From Nitrosopumilaceae archaeon (GTDB lineage: Archaea; Thermoproteota; Nitrososphaeria; Nitrososphaerales; Nitrosopumilaceae), in the NCBI GenBank assembly GCA_965203465.1, contig CBDBCR010000003.1, positions 1-64,000 of the forward strand: DNA of 64,000 nt, read 5' to 3'. Below, in pieces: positions 9,803-19,089 of this stretch. The position numbers and the translations under genes were made by a program. The notes under the pieces were generated by a model, which was not told where the DNA came from, made no database searches, and saw nothing but the letters and a program-made list of their open reading frames with translations. Position 1 is the stretch's first letter, and each line of letters opens with the position of its first letter.

Positions 9803-12035
9803 TTGGCAAGGAGGGTCGCACCGGGCGGCGGGCGCAGGAGGCGGGGCCGCGCCGCCATCAGGGATCTAAAGAAGCGCATAAAGTTGGCGCGGGAACTCGA
9901 TCGGATCAAGAGCGGCGCGTACGGCGAGGGCATGGCCAAGATCTCGGCGGGGGACGCGGGGGGCGCGGTGCTGTACTTTGAGGCCATGGCCGCCGCGGAT
10001 CCGCAGAACCCCGACGCGCATTCGGGCATGGGGACCGCGCTCGTCTCCGGCGGGGACGCGAAAAAAGGCGATAGGGTGCTACAAAAAGGCGCTAAAGCTT
10101 GGCGACGCGAGGCCGGAGACGCGCCTCAACATGGGGACGGCCTACGCCATGGAGGGGATGGCAGAAGAATCCATGATGTGCTACCGCGACGCGCTGGAGA
10201 TGGCGCCAGGCTACGCCGCGGCCCACTACAAGATGGCCTGCGCCCACCACGACCGGGGGGCGTACGCCGACGCGCTGCAGAGCTCCGAAAACGCTCTGCG
10301 CCTCGATCCGCAGCTGCACGCGGCCGGGATGATAAAGGGCCTCGCGCTGGAGAACCTGGGAAAGCCCGAAGAGGCGGCCGCCGTCCTCGAAGAGGCCGTC
10401 GGCGCCGAGCCCGGATCCTACATAGCGAGGATGGGCCTCGGAACGGCGCTGGCGCGCACGGGCGACGCGCGGGGCGCCTTGGAGAGTTTCGAGGCCGCGT
10501 CGCGGCTGAAGCCGTCCGAACCGCAAGCGCACCACCAGAGGGGGCTCATGCTGTCCAGGCTCGGGGATCACGGCAGGGCCTACGAGGCGTACGCCGCCGC
10601 GGTGAGGATAGATCCGACCTCGCACGCCTGCGCGGGCGTGGCCGTCTCGCTGGCCCGCGCGCACGCGGGGGAGGAGATCGGGCCGTGGCACGCCGAGGCC
10701 ATGGACATGGCAGACAAGGCGCTCGGCATGGAGCCCGACTACGCGGGCGCGCAGTACGCAAAGGCCGTGCTGCTGGAGGCCGAGGGGAAGGACTCCAAAA
10801 AGCACAGGGACGCCGCCGCGCGCCTGGATCCTGAGCACGGCGGCGATCCGTCCGCCGACAGGGGCGCGCCCGATCCGCTGCAGGAGAGGGCCAAGATAGG
10901 CATGGACATGCTCCAAAACAGGGGCAACGTGTCCGGCGCGCTGTCGCACTTTGAGGCGCTGGTAAAAGACGAGCCCGGCTTTGCGCCGGGGCGCGTGGGC
11001 CTGGGCACCGCGCTGCGGGTGTCCGGCGACCCCGGCGCCGCGCTCGCCGAGTTCGAAAAAGCTTTGGAGGCGGGCGCCGACGACGCAAACGCGTACGCCG
11101 GCATGGGGGACGCGTACGGCGCGATGGGCAAACACGAAAAGGCCCGGGAATGCTACCTAAAGGCCTCGTCGGCGGGCTCGGGGCACGGGGATGCCATGAT
11201 CAGCCTCGCCAAAAGCTACGCACGCGCTGGCATGACCGACGAGGCGCTCGAATCCCTCGACGAGGCGCTGCGGCTACAGCCGGGCGACTCGGAGGCCAAC
11301 ACGATAAAGGGCAGCTTTCTCGCCGCGCTGGGCAGGTTCGCCGAGTCGGTGCCGCCCCTGCGGGAGGCCGTGCGGGCGTCGCCCGCATACCGCCCGGCGC
11401 AGGCGTGCCTGGGCCGCTCGCTCTTGGGGGCGGGCGAGAAAGAGGAGGCGCTGCGCCACCTCGACGAGGCCGCGAGGCTGGCGCCGGGCGACGCGGGCGG
11501 GCACCGCGACAAGGGCGACGCGCTCGCCGCGCTGGGCCGCTTCAAAGAATCTTACGACTCGTACTCTAGGGCGGCCAAGATAGAGCCGCGGGCGCACACG
11601 TACGCCAGCATGGCCATGTCGCTGTGCAGCGCCCACATGGCGCGCTTCTCCAGGCGGAGCGCGTCGGTAGCCGGCAAGCGGTGGCACGCGCAGGCCGTGG
11701 ATCTTGCAGACGAGGCCATAAGGATGGACGAAAAATGCGCGTCCGCCCACTTTGCAAAGTCGCGGCTTTTGCGCATGGCCGACGACGAAAAAGGGGCGCA
11801 GGAGTGCATGCGCCGCGCGGCGGCGCTGGACGGGGCGTTCTCCGACTATGTGGCCGGCAGGCGCATCCCGCCGGGCGATCCGGCGATGGAAAAGCTGGGG
11901 CGCCTCGTCTCGGATAGACAGGCCGCGCGCGAAAAGCGGCGGTCGCGGCGGGCCGCGCGCGGCGCCGGAACCAAGAGGGGCGAACGCGCGTCCGCGGGCC
12001 GGGGCGCAAGCTCCAAAAGACGAGTTTCGCCTTGA
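9803..12035 (+). pseudogene. TPR protein, array copy 4; +1 frameshift in A6 run 10061-10066
   Basis: TTG 9803 (MARRVAPG). Removing one A gives DAKKAIGCYKKAL and joins ORF 9978-12035. Confidence 0.8.
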
Positions 12036-12182
12036 TATCTAGAGCCGGCCGCGACAGCGGCAGCCGCTGGCGGCCCGCGACGCCTGCAGGTACCCGGACT
12101 AAACCCGCAGGCGCCGCGCCTGGTGCGCGAATCGCCGCGTTGAAGGGACAACCACAACTACCGCCCGCCCAGGGGCGCCGCG

Positions 12183-14212
12183 TTGGCAAGGAGGGTCTTT
12201 GCGGGCGGCGGCCGCAAGAGGCGGGGCAGGCGGGCAAAGCGGGCCCCTGGGCCGCTCGGCAATCGGGCGATCGGCGGCATGCAGGGCAAGAGGCTGGCGT
12301 ACCATGCGGGGGCGGAAAAACTGAAGCAAGGAGACGCGCCCGGCGCCGTCGAGTACTTTGCGGCCCTGTCGGGGGCCGATCCCGGGGAGCCGCTGTGGTT
12401 TGCCGGCATGGGCGCGGCGCACCTGGAGGCCGGATCCGTAAAAGAGGCCGTCGAGTCGCTCGAAAAGGCGATGGAACTGGGCGACGACGACGCCGGCGTC
12501 CACTCCAACTTGGGCTCCGCGCACAGCAAGCTCGGAATGTACGAAGAGGCTATGGCGTGCTACCGCAGGGCGCTGGACAGAAAGCCCGGCATGGTGCCGG
12601 TCCTGCTGAACATGGCGTACGTGTACAAGCGGTGGAACATGTGGGAGGACTCGCTCAGATCCGCCGACGAAGCCTTGCGCCTGGAGCCCGGAGATTACTA
12701 TGCCTGCCTGTCAAAGGGCGCGGCGTTGTTCAGCATGCACAGGTACGCAGAGGCGGCCGCCGCGTTCGAGGGGGCGGCCGCCGCGGATCCCCGCGACGCA
12801 GGCGCGCGCGCCCGCATGGGCAGCGCGCTGCTGTTTGCGGGGGACGAGGCCGGGGCGCGGGAGTGCTTCGAGGCGACGCTCCGCCTGGATCCGTCCAACA
12901 CGCTGTGCCTCTTGCAAAAGGGGAGCATGCTGGCGCGCACCGGCAAGCACGACCTGGCCTACGAGGCCTACTCGTCGATGGCAGAGGGGGACAGGACGGC
13001 CGAGGTCTGCGCCAACATGGCCCTCTCGCTCGCACTGGCGCACGAGGGGCAGGGGCCGGGGGCGTGGCACTCCGAGGCAGTCAGGCTTGCCGAGCTAGCC
13101 ATCGAGATGGACCACCACCACGCGGGCGGCCATTACGCAATGGCCCGGCTGCTAGAGGCTGCCGGCGAGGACCCCGGAAAGCACAGGCGCGCAGCCGAGC
13201 GCCTGGATCCCGAGCACGGGGGCGATCCGCCCCGCGCCGGGCTGACAGAGCCGGAGAACAGGCAGATATCGGAAGGCATGGCAGAGATCGCCGCCGGCAG
13301 GCGGGCAGACGGGCTGTCCCTCCTCGAGTCGCTCGCGAGGGACAAGCCGGACTTTGCCGACGGGCGCGCCGCGCTTGGCGCCGCCCTCGGAATGTGCGGC
13401 CGCGCGGAGGAAGGGGCGGCCGAGCTCCGGGAGGCGCTGAGGCTGGGCGCCGACGAGGCGGCCATCTACAGCAGCATGCGCGCCGTCTATGACGATGCGG
13501 GAGAGAAGAAAAAGGCCGGCGAGTGCCGCCTAAAGGCCGAGTCGGCCGGTTCCAGGAGCCTGAAAATCGCCCGCGCCCGCGAGCGCATGGATGAAGGCAG
13601 GCCGGCCGAGGCGCTAAAGGAGGCGGGGCGGGCGCTGCAACTCGACCCCGACGACGCAGAGGCCAACACCATAAAGGGGGCGGCGCTGGCCAGAATGGGG
13701 CGGTTCCGCGCGTCCATCAAGCCGCTCCAAAAGGCGGCGCTGGCCCGCCCCGATTCTGCCCACGCGCACATACACCTCGGCGAATCGCTCGCGTCCGACG
13801 GCGATTCGGAGGGGGCGCTGCGGCACTTTGAGGCCGCCGTGCGGCTCGAACCCGGGGACGCGGGGGGTACCGCGGCAAGGGCGACGTGCTGGCCCGCCTG
13901 GGAAGGTTCCGGGAGGCCTACGAGGCGTACGAGCGCGCCGCCGGCATGGCGCCTACCGGGCCGACCTATGCCTACATGGCCATGGCGCTAGTCGACCTGC
14001 ACTCGCAGGACGGCGCGCCGGCAGCCGGCCAAGAGGGGCACGCCAGGGCGATGTCCCTGGCAGACGAGGCCATAAAGATGGACGCAGGATGCGCGTACGC
14101 CTACTATGCAAAGTCGCGGCTGCTTGCCGCGTCGGGCGACGAGCCGGGTGCGCAAAAGAACCTGCTGCGCGCCGGCGAGCTCGAGCCCGACATAGACTGG
14201 AGCGACGACTAG
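12183..14212 (+). pseudogene. TPR protein, array copy 5; -1 frameshift in G6 run 13862-13867
   Basis: Adding one G gives DAGGYRGKGDVLARLGRF and joins ORF 13886-14212. Confidence 0.8.
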
Positions 14213-14412
14213 GCCGCCCGGCGCGATCGAGATGCCAGAGCAGCCGGCCCGATCGGATCCGGCGACTGCCCCGTATCCTGCATGCGCGGGCACGCCTAGC
14301 TCTGCCGCTCGCGGTAGCGCCGATCAAAGACAGACGCCGGCCCGGTTTTCGGGGCGCGGGAAAAACCGGCGCGCGCAAAACACTCTTAACCGCACGCGCG
14401 CGCCGGCGCGCC

Positions 14413-14541
14413 GTGACTCGCAGCACGGGCCCGGCCGGCATCCGCAGCAGGGCGCAGTCGAGCGCCGACTACCGAAAGGTCGAAGACGACTACCACGCGC
14501 TAAAGCTGGGCGCGATGCTCTACGAGCTGGAAGAGTCGTAG
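14413..14541 (+). CDS. Small hypothetical protein (42 aa)
   Basis: GTG ~27 nt after TATA-like cttaac; ends ...KVEDDYHALKLGAMLYELEES, 2 nt before the next ATG. Confidence 0.45.
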   Translation: MTRSTGPAGIRSRAQSSADYRKVEDDYHALKLGAMLYELEES

Positions 14542-14543
14542 GC

Positions 14544-15245
14544 ATGGACCTGTTCAGCGACGACGTCCGGCCCATAAAGGCGGCCGTCGGCTACTTCAAC
14601 AACCTGCCCGACCAGGACAAGATAACCATAGTCTCGGATCTCAACCCGACCACGTTCAAGCTAAAGCGCCACTTCCGGCCGCTCTTCCCCCTCTTTTCCA
14701 ACGTGCAGCAGGCCCTGTCGGGCCACGGCGGCATGGTCATAGGGAACCGGCTGGTGGACCTGGGCCTCGACGACATGTACGCCCGGATCATAGTCGAGAA
14801 CATGAAAAAGCACGCGCCCACCCTCGAGTACCAGCTGAGCCAGATATCCACGCTCGACGACGAGGCGTTCTCGCGCCTCGACGAGATAATCAACGCCGTC
14901 TGGATAGACAACGCGCCGCGCAAGGTCGTGGCCGAAAAGTACGACATCACGCAGGAGCAGATACAGGCGGTCGTGGACATCGTCACCAAGATGACGGTGC
15001 GGCTGCTGCGCGGCGACACCAACGAAAAGAGGATACTGCGCGACTTTGCCAAAAAGGGCCTGGCGCCGGCCCGCACCGAGTCGGTCATCAACATACTGCA
15101 GGAATACAAGGACACGACGTACCGCAACCTCGTGTTCAGCAACACGCAGGACATCCACGCCAAGGTCGAAAAGCTGGCCAGCCAGAACGAGGTCATGCTC
15201 AGCGGCATAAAGACGATAATAGGCCTGCTAAAGTCAAAGTCCTGA
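14544..15245 (+). CDS. All-alpha hypothetical protein (233 aa), possibly two COMMD-HN-like repeats plus a coiled coil
   Basis: ATG 14544 (MDLFSDD...) with clean GC3-rich codon usage. The upstream extension from 14232 in the ORF track looks non-coding. Confidence 0.75.
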   Translation: MDLFSDDVRPIKAAVGYFNNLPDQDKITIVSDLNPTTFKLKRHFRPLFPLFSNVQQALSGHGGMVIGNRLVDLGLDDMYARIIVENMKKHAPTLEYQLSQISTLDDEAFSRLDEIINAVWIDNAPRKVVAEKYDITQEQIQAVVDIVTKMTVRLLRGDTNEKRILRDFAKKGLAPARTESVINILQEYKDTTYRNLVFSNTQDIHAKVEKLASQNEVMLSGIKTIIGLLKSKS

Positions 15246-15278
15246 CGGTTTTTATCGGGGGCCGGCCGGGGCCGGCCC

Positions 15279-15770
15279 ATGCCGACCCGGGTGCAGGTCA
15301 TAGCCCCCATAGCCGTGGCGGCGTTCATCGTGGGGACGGTCGGGCTGCTGACGCTGCCAAGCGACGTGAAACTGGAGTCGGTGGAGTTTCCGCGCGGCAC
15401 GGTGCTGCTCGACGGCAGGGCCCTCGAGGTGCAGGTGGCCGACACCGAGCCGCGGCGCGTGCGCGGCCTGATGTTCCAGGAGCAGCTGCCCTACGAGGAA
15501 GGGATGCTATTCGTCTTCGACGAGCCCGGATACCACTCGCTCTGGATGCTCAACATGCAGTTCGCCCTCGACATGATCTGGTTCGACGAGTCGGGCCGCG
15601 TGGTCCACATCGAGACGGGCGTCGAGCCGTGCCGCACGACCGTCGAGACGCTCGCGTGCCCCAGCAAGGTGACCTCCGTCCCCGCCATGTACATACTGGA
15701 GGTCTCGTCGGGGTACGTCGAGCGGTTCGGCGTGGGCCCCGGTTCGGTGGTGGAGCTGGTCTCGATATGA
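15279..15770 (+). CDS. DUF192 domain protein with N-terminal membrane anchor
   Basis: VADTEPRRVRGLMF...GMLFVF...WMLNMQFALDMIW...YILEV..G. Confidence 0.9.
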   Translation: MPTRVQVIAPIAVAAFIVGTVGLLTLPSDVKLESVEFPRGTVLLDGRALEVQVADTEPRRVRGLMFQEQLPYEEGMLFVFDEPGYHSLWMLNMQFALDMIWFDESGRVVHIETGVEPCRTTVETLACPSKVTSVPAMYILEVSSGYVERFGVGPGSVVELVSI

Positions 15771-15783
15771 CGGAAGTGTCGCG

Positions 15784-16311
15784 TTGAGGTACCTGATGGT
15801 CGGCAGGTTCCAGCCGTTCCACCTCGGGCACCTGCACCTGGCCGAGCAGATACTCAAAGAGGGGGATCTGGCCGTGGCAGTCGCCGGCGCGCAGTTCAAC
15901 CACATCGAAAAGGACCCGTTCACGGCCGGCGAGAGGATAGAGATGATCCACGCCTCGCTGGCCGAGGCCGGCGCGGACATGGCGCGCTGCACAGTCTCGG
16001 CCGTCGAAAACCAGCCCAACGCGGCCGCTTGGCCTGCGTACCTGCGCTCGGCGCTGCCCGAGTTCGGGGCCGCCTACAGCGGCAACGCGTACGTGCGGGC
16101 GCTGCTAAAAGGCGCCGGGATCCGGGCGGCCGAGCCGGCCATGCTGGACAGGGGGAACCTCTCGGGCAGCCGGATACGCTCCCTGATGGCCTCGGGGGGC
16201 AACTGGCGCCCCCTCGTGCCGCCGGCGGCCGCGCGCGTAATAGAGAGGGCCGGCGGGCCGGCCAGGATGGCGGCCATAACGGAGACGGACACGGATCCGA
16301 ACAGGTACTGA
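15784..16311 (+). CDS. nadM: Nicotinamide-nucleotide adenylyltransferase (NadM type)
   Basis: GRFQPFHLGH, DPFTAGERIEMI, LSGSRIR, WRPLVP. Confidence 0.92.
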   Translation: MRYLMVGRFQPFHLGHLHLAEQILKEGDLAVAVAGAQFNHIEKDPFTAGERIEMIHASLAEAGADMARCTVSAVENQPNAAAWPAYLRSALPEFGAAYSGNAYVRALLKGAGIRAAEPAMLDRGNLSGSRIRSLMASGGNWRPLVPPAAARVIERAGGPARMAAITETDTDPNRY

Positions 16312-16415
16312 TGGCCCGCGCCTGCCCCGTCTGCGCGTGCGGCTCGAAAAAGTTCTCGCGCAGCGGCGACGTTCTGCGGTGCTTGGGGTGCGGGGCCGCG
16401 CGCGATCTTGGTTAA
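16311..16415 (+). CDS. Zinc-ribbon microprotein (34 aa)
   Basis: ATG overlaps the nadM stop (TGATG); MARACPVCACGSKKFSRSGDVLRCLGCGAARDLG has two CxxC pairs. Confidence 0.6.
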   Translation: MARACPVCACGSKKFSRSGDVLRCLGCGAARDLG

Positions 16416-16440
16416 TATGTAAGCCCGAAAACGGCGCGGC

Positions 16441-17439
16441 ATGGCGCGGACTTGGAAGGAGCAGGACATCGACCCGGATCTCCTAAAGGGCCAGAGGATA
16501 GCCGTGGTCGGCTACGGCATACAGGGCAGGGCGCAGGCTGACAACCTCAAGGATTCGGGTGCCGACGTGACGGTCGGCCTCGGCGCCGGGGGGCCCAGCT
16601 GGAAGCTGGCAGAGGCAGCCGGCCACAGGGTCCTCGAAGTGCAAGACGCCGCAAAAGAGGCGGACATCGTCCACGTGCTCGTTCCGGACATGGTGCAGGC
16701 CAAGCTGTACCGAGAAAAGATAGAGCCGGGGCTCTCCAAGGGGGACGCGCTCTCGTTTTCGCACGCGGCGGCCATACACTGGGGCTGGATAAAGGCGCCC
16801 GACGGCGTCGACGTCATAATGGTGGCGCCAAAGGGGCCCGGCTCCAAGGTGCGCGAGACGTACCTGGACGGCTTCGGGACGCCGTCGATCGTGGCCGTCG
16901 AGCGCGACGCGACGGGCAGGGCGTGGGACAGGGCGCTCGGAATCGGCAGGGGGATAGGGAGCGCGCGCGCCGGGCTGATAAAGACGACCTTCAAGGAGGA
17001 GGTCGAGACGGACTGGTTCGGCGAGCAGGCAGACCTGTGCGGCGGGGCCGCGTCCATGGTCACGGCCGCCTTCGAGACGCTGGTGGAGGCGGGGTACCAG
17101 CCCGAGATCGCCTACTTTGAGGTGCTCCACGAGCTCAAGCTCATAGTGGACATGATCCAGCGCTACGGCATAAACGGCATGTGGCGGCGCGTAAGCGAGA
17201 CTGCACGCTACGGCGGCCTGACGCGCGGCCCGATGGTCATCGACGAGTCCGCAAAGGCGCGCATGAAGGAGGTGCTGGCCATGATACAGAACGGCAGGTT
17301 CAACTCCGAGTGGGTCTCGGCGTACGAGCGCGAGGGCAGGGACGCCTTTGCCAAGCGCATGAAAGAGTACGAAGGCCACCAGATAGAGCAGGTCGGCAAG
17401 AGGATGCGCAGGATGATGTGGCCCGACTCGGAAGAATAG
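16441..17439 (+). CDS. ilvC: Ketol-acid reductoisomerase
   Basis: GYGIQGRAQADNL, MVAPKGPG, EVETDWFGEQ..LCGG, AYFEVLHELKLIVD, SETARYG. Confidence 0.97.
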   Translation: MARTWKEQDIDPDLLKGQRIAVVGYGIQGRAQADNLKDSGADVTVGLGAGGPSWKLAEAAGHRVLEVQDAAKEADIVHVLVPDMVQAKLYREKIEPGLSKGDALSFSHAAAIHWGWIKAPDGVDVIMVAPKGPGSKVRETYLDGFGTPSIVAVERDATGRAWDRALGIGRGIGSARAGLIKTTFKEEVETDWFGEQADLCGGAASMVTAAFETLVEAGYQPEIAYFEVLHELKLIVDMIQRYGINGMWRRVSETARYGGLTRGPMVIDESAKARMKEVLAMIQNGRFNSEWVSAYEREGRDAFAKRMKEYEGHQIEQVGKRMRRMMWPDSEE

Positions 17440-17440
17440 G

Positions 17441-17836
17441 CTAGCGCTTTACTCCCTTTTGTATGCAGGTTATGACCTCGGGCAGCGGGGTGCCCGGCCC
17501 GAATATGCCGTCGATGCCCGACTTTAGCAGCTTTTTGCGGTCGACGTCCGGTATGGTGCCGCCGCCGAGCACCAGCGCGTCCACCTTTAGCTTTTTGAGC
17601 TCGCGCACCACGCGCGGGAACAGCGTGCCGTGCGCGCCGTTGAGCAGGCTCATGGCGACCGCGTCGACGTCCTCGTCCTGGGCTATGCGGGCCACGCGCT
17701 CGGGGGTCGCGAACAGGCCCGAGTATATCACTTCCATGCCCGCGTCCCGGAACGCCTTGCAGAGCACCAGGGCCCCGCGGTCGTGCCCGTCTAGGCCCAG
17801 CTTTGCCACCAGCACCTTTATCGGCCGCCTCGCCAT
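17441..17836 (-). CDS. Methylmalonyl-CoA mutase small (cobalamin-binding) subunit
   Basis: AKLGLDGHDRGA B12-binding motif, SLLNGAH, GGTIP, FGPGT. Confidence 0.93.
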   Translation of the reverse strand: MARRPIKVLVAKLGLDGHDRGALVLCKAFRDAGMEVIYSGLFATPERVARIAQDEDVDAVAMSLLNGAHGTLFPRVVRELKKLKVDALVLGGGTIPDVDRKKLLKSGIDGIFGPGTPLPEVITCIQKGVKR

Positions 17837-17916
17837 GCCGCGGGCGCGGGGGCGGCCCTTAATTTGATTTTCGCGGCGCCGCCACGCTTAATTACGCCGC
17901 GCGCCGGGCCCGGGCC

Positions 17917-19086
17917 ATGGAGACGGTCCACCAGGAGATGTTCAAGTTCCAGCCGGGCAGGCTCCTGATCAGCGGCTTCGTCATAGACGAGCAGAAGATG
18001 ATAGACCTTTTCCGCGCCATGAGGGAGGCCGGCGCGGACGATTCAAAGCTGGCAGACCGGCTCTCCTCGCTGCTGTACCTTGGGTACATGGCCGACCAGT
18101 CGGTCCGCATAGCCGACAAGGTGGACTATGTCAAGGAGGGGTTCGAGTCGATGACGCAGGACATCGACAGCAAGATACGGCACGACTTTGCAGACGCCGT
18201 CAAGGAGAGGATGGAAAAGTTCCTGGGCAAGGAGGGCTCGTTCACGCGCGAGCTGCAGGACACGTTCGGCCAGGACGGCAGGTACAGCAAGCAGATAGAC
18301 GGGCTGATGAGCGACTACAGCGAGCAGATAGAATCGGTGCTCGATCCGGCCAACGAGTCCAGCCCGTTCCACGCGCTGCAAAAGAACCTCGAGCAGAGGT
18401 ACGCCGAGATACAGCAGTTCATGAACCAGCAGCAGGGAAAGTCCGAGGCAGAGGGCAGGTCGTCGATAAAGGGCCTCAAATTCGAAGAGCAGGTGTTCGG
18501 CGTGCTAAACGACTCGGCCCCGCTGTTCGGGTGCAACCTGGAAAACACGTCCGGCAAGCGCGGAATATCGGGAAGCTCCAACGCCAAAAAGGGCGACTTT
18601 GTCCTGACCGAAAAGCAGACCGGCAAGAGGATAGTGATAGAGGCGAAGAACCTCGCGAAGGATCCGTCCACCAAGAGCATACTGGAGTATTCGCGCGTGG
18701 CCATAGAGAACCGCGAGGCCGACTACTGCGTCTACGTGTACTACGACAGCGACGACTCGACCGTGCCGGAGGCCGGCATGTTCAACGAGGTGGCAAAGAA
18801 CGTGCTGTTCGTGACCATATCGGAGTCGGACAGCGGCAAGGCGCAGGAGCGCATGATAAGGTTCGCGTGCAGCTGGGCCCTCGCGCGGGTAAAGTCGGAG
18901 GAGGGAGACATGGGGCTGGACGAAAAGCTCTCCAGGCTCGAGACGCGCCTGCGCAAGAACCTAGACACGATAAAGACCATCAAGAACAACTCGGCCGCGA
19001 TCACCTCGGCGTGCAAGAACATGATGGACGACCTGGAAGTGGATCTGGGCCTAAAGCAGGAAAAGACAAAGCAGGGCAAGCTGTAG
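17917..19086 (+). CDS. Coiled-coil protein with PD-(D/E)xK nuclease-like domain (DUF2130/RmuC-like)
   Basis: KGLKFEEQV...KGDFVL...IVIEAKN...ENREADY, flanked by helical coiled-coil regions. Confidence 0.7.
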   Translation: METVHQEMFKFQPGRLLISGFVIDEQKMIDLFRAMREAGADDSKLADRLSSLLYLGYMADQSVRIADKVDYVKEGFESMTQDIDSKIRHDFADAVKERMEKFLGKEGSFTRELQDTFGQDGRYSKQIDGLMSDYSEQIESVLDPANESSPFHALQKNLEQRYAEIQQFMNQQQGKSEAEGRSSIKGLKFEEQVFGVLNDSAPLFGCNLENTSGKRGISGSSNAKKGDFVLTEKQTGKRIVIEAKNLAKDPSTKSILEYSRVAIENREADYCVYVYYDSDDSTVPEAGMFNEVAKNVLFVTISESDSGKAQERMIRFACSWALARVKSEEGDMGLDEKLSRLETRLRKNLDTIKTIKNNSAAITSACKNMMDDLEVDLGLKQEKTKQGKL

Positions 19087-19089
19087 GCT

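Noticed and set aside
3370-12197. Invariant 16-mer as a CRISPR repeat or integron attC site
   Set aside because: Copies are ~2.1-2.4 kb apart and overlap start codons. GTTGGCA does not fit GTTRRRY, and there is no attC hairpin, integrase or cas gene.
3371-14212. Diversity-generating retroelement or shufflon acting on the TPR array
   Set aside because: No reverse transcriptase or invertase in the window, no adenine-specific TR/VR pair seen, and all copies are co-oriented.
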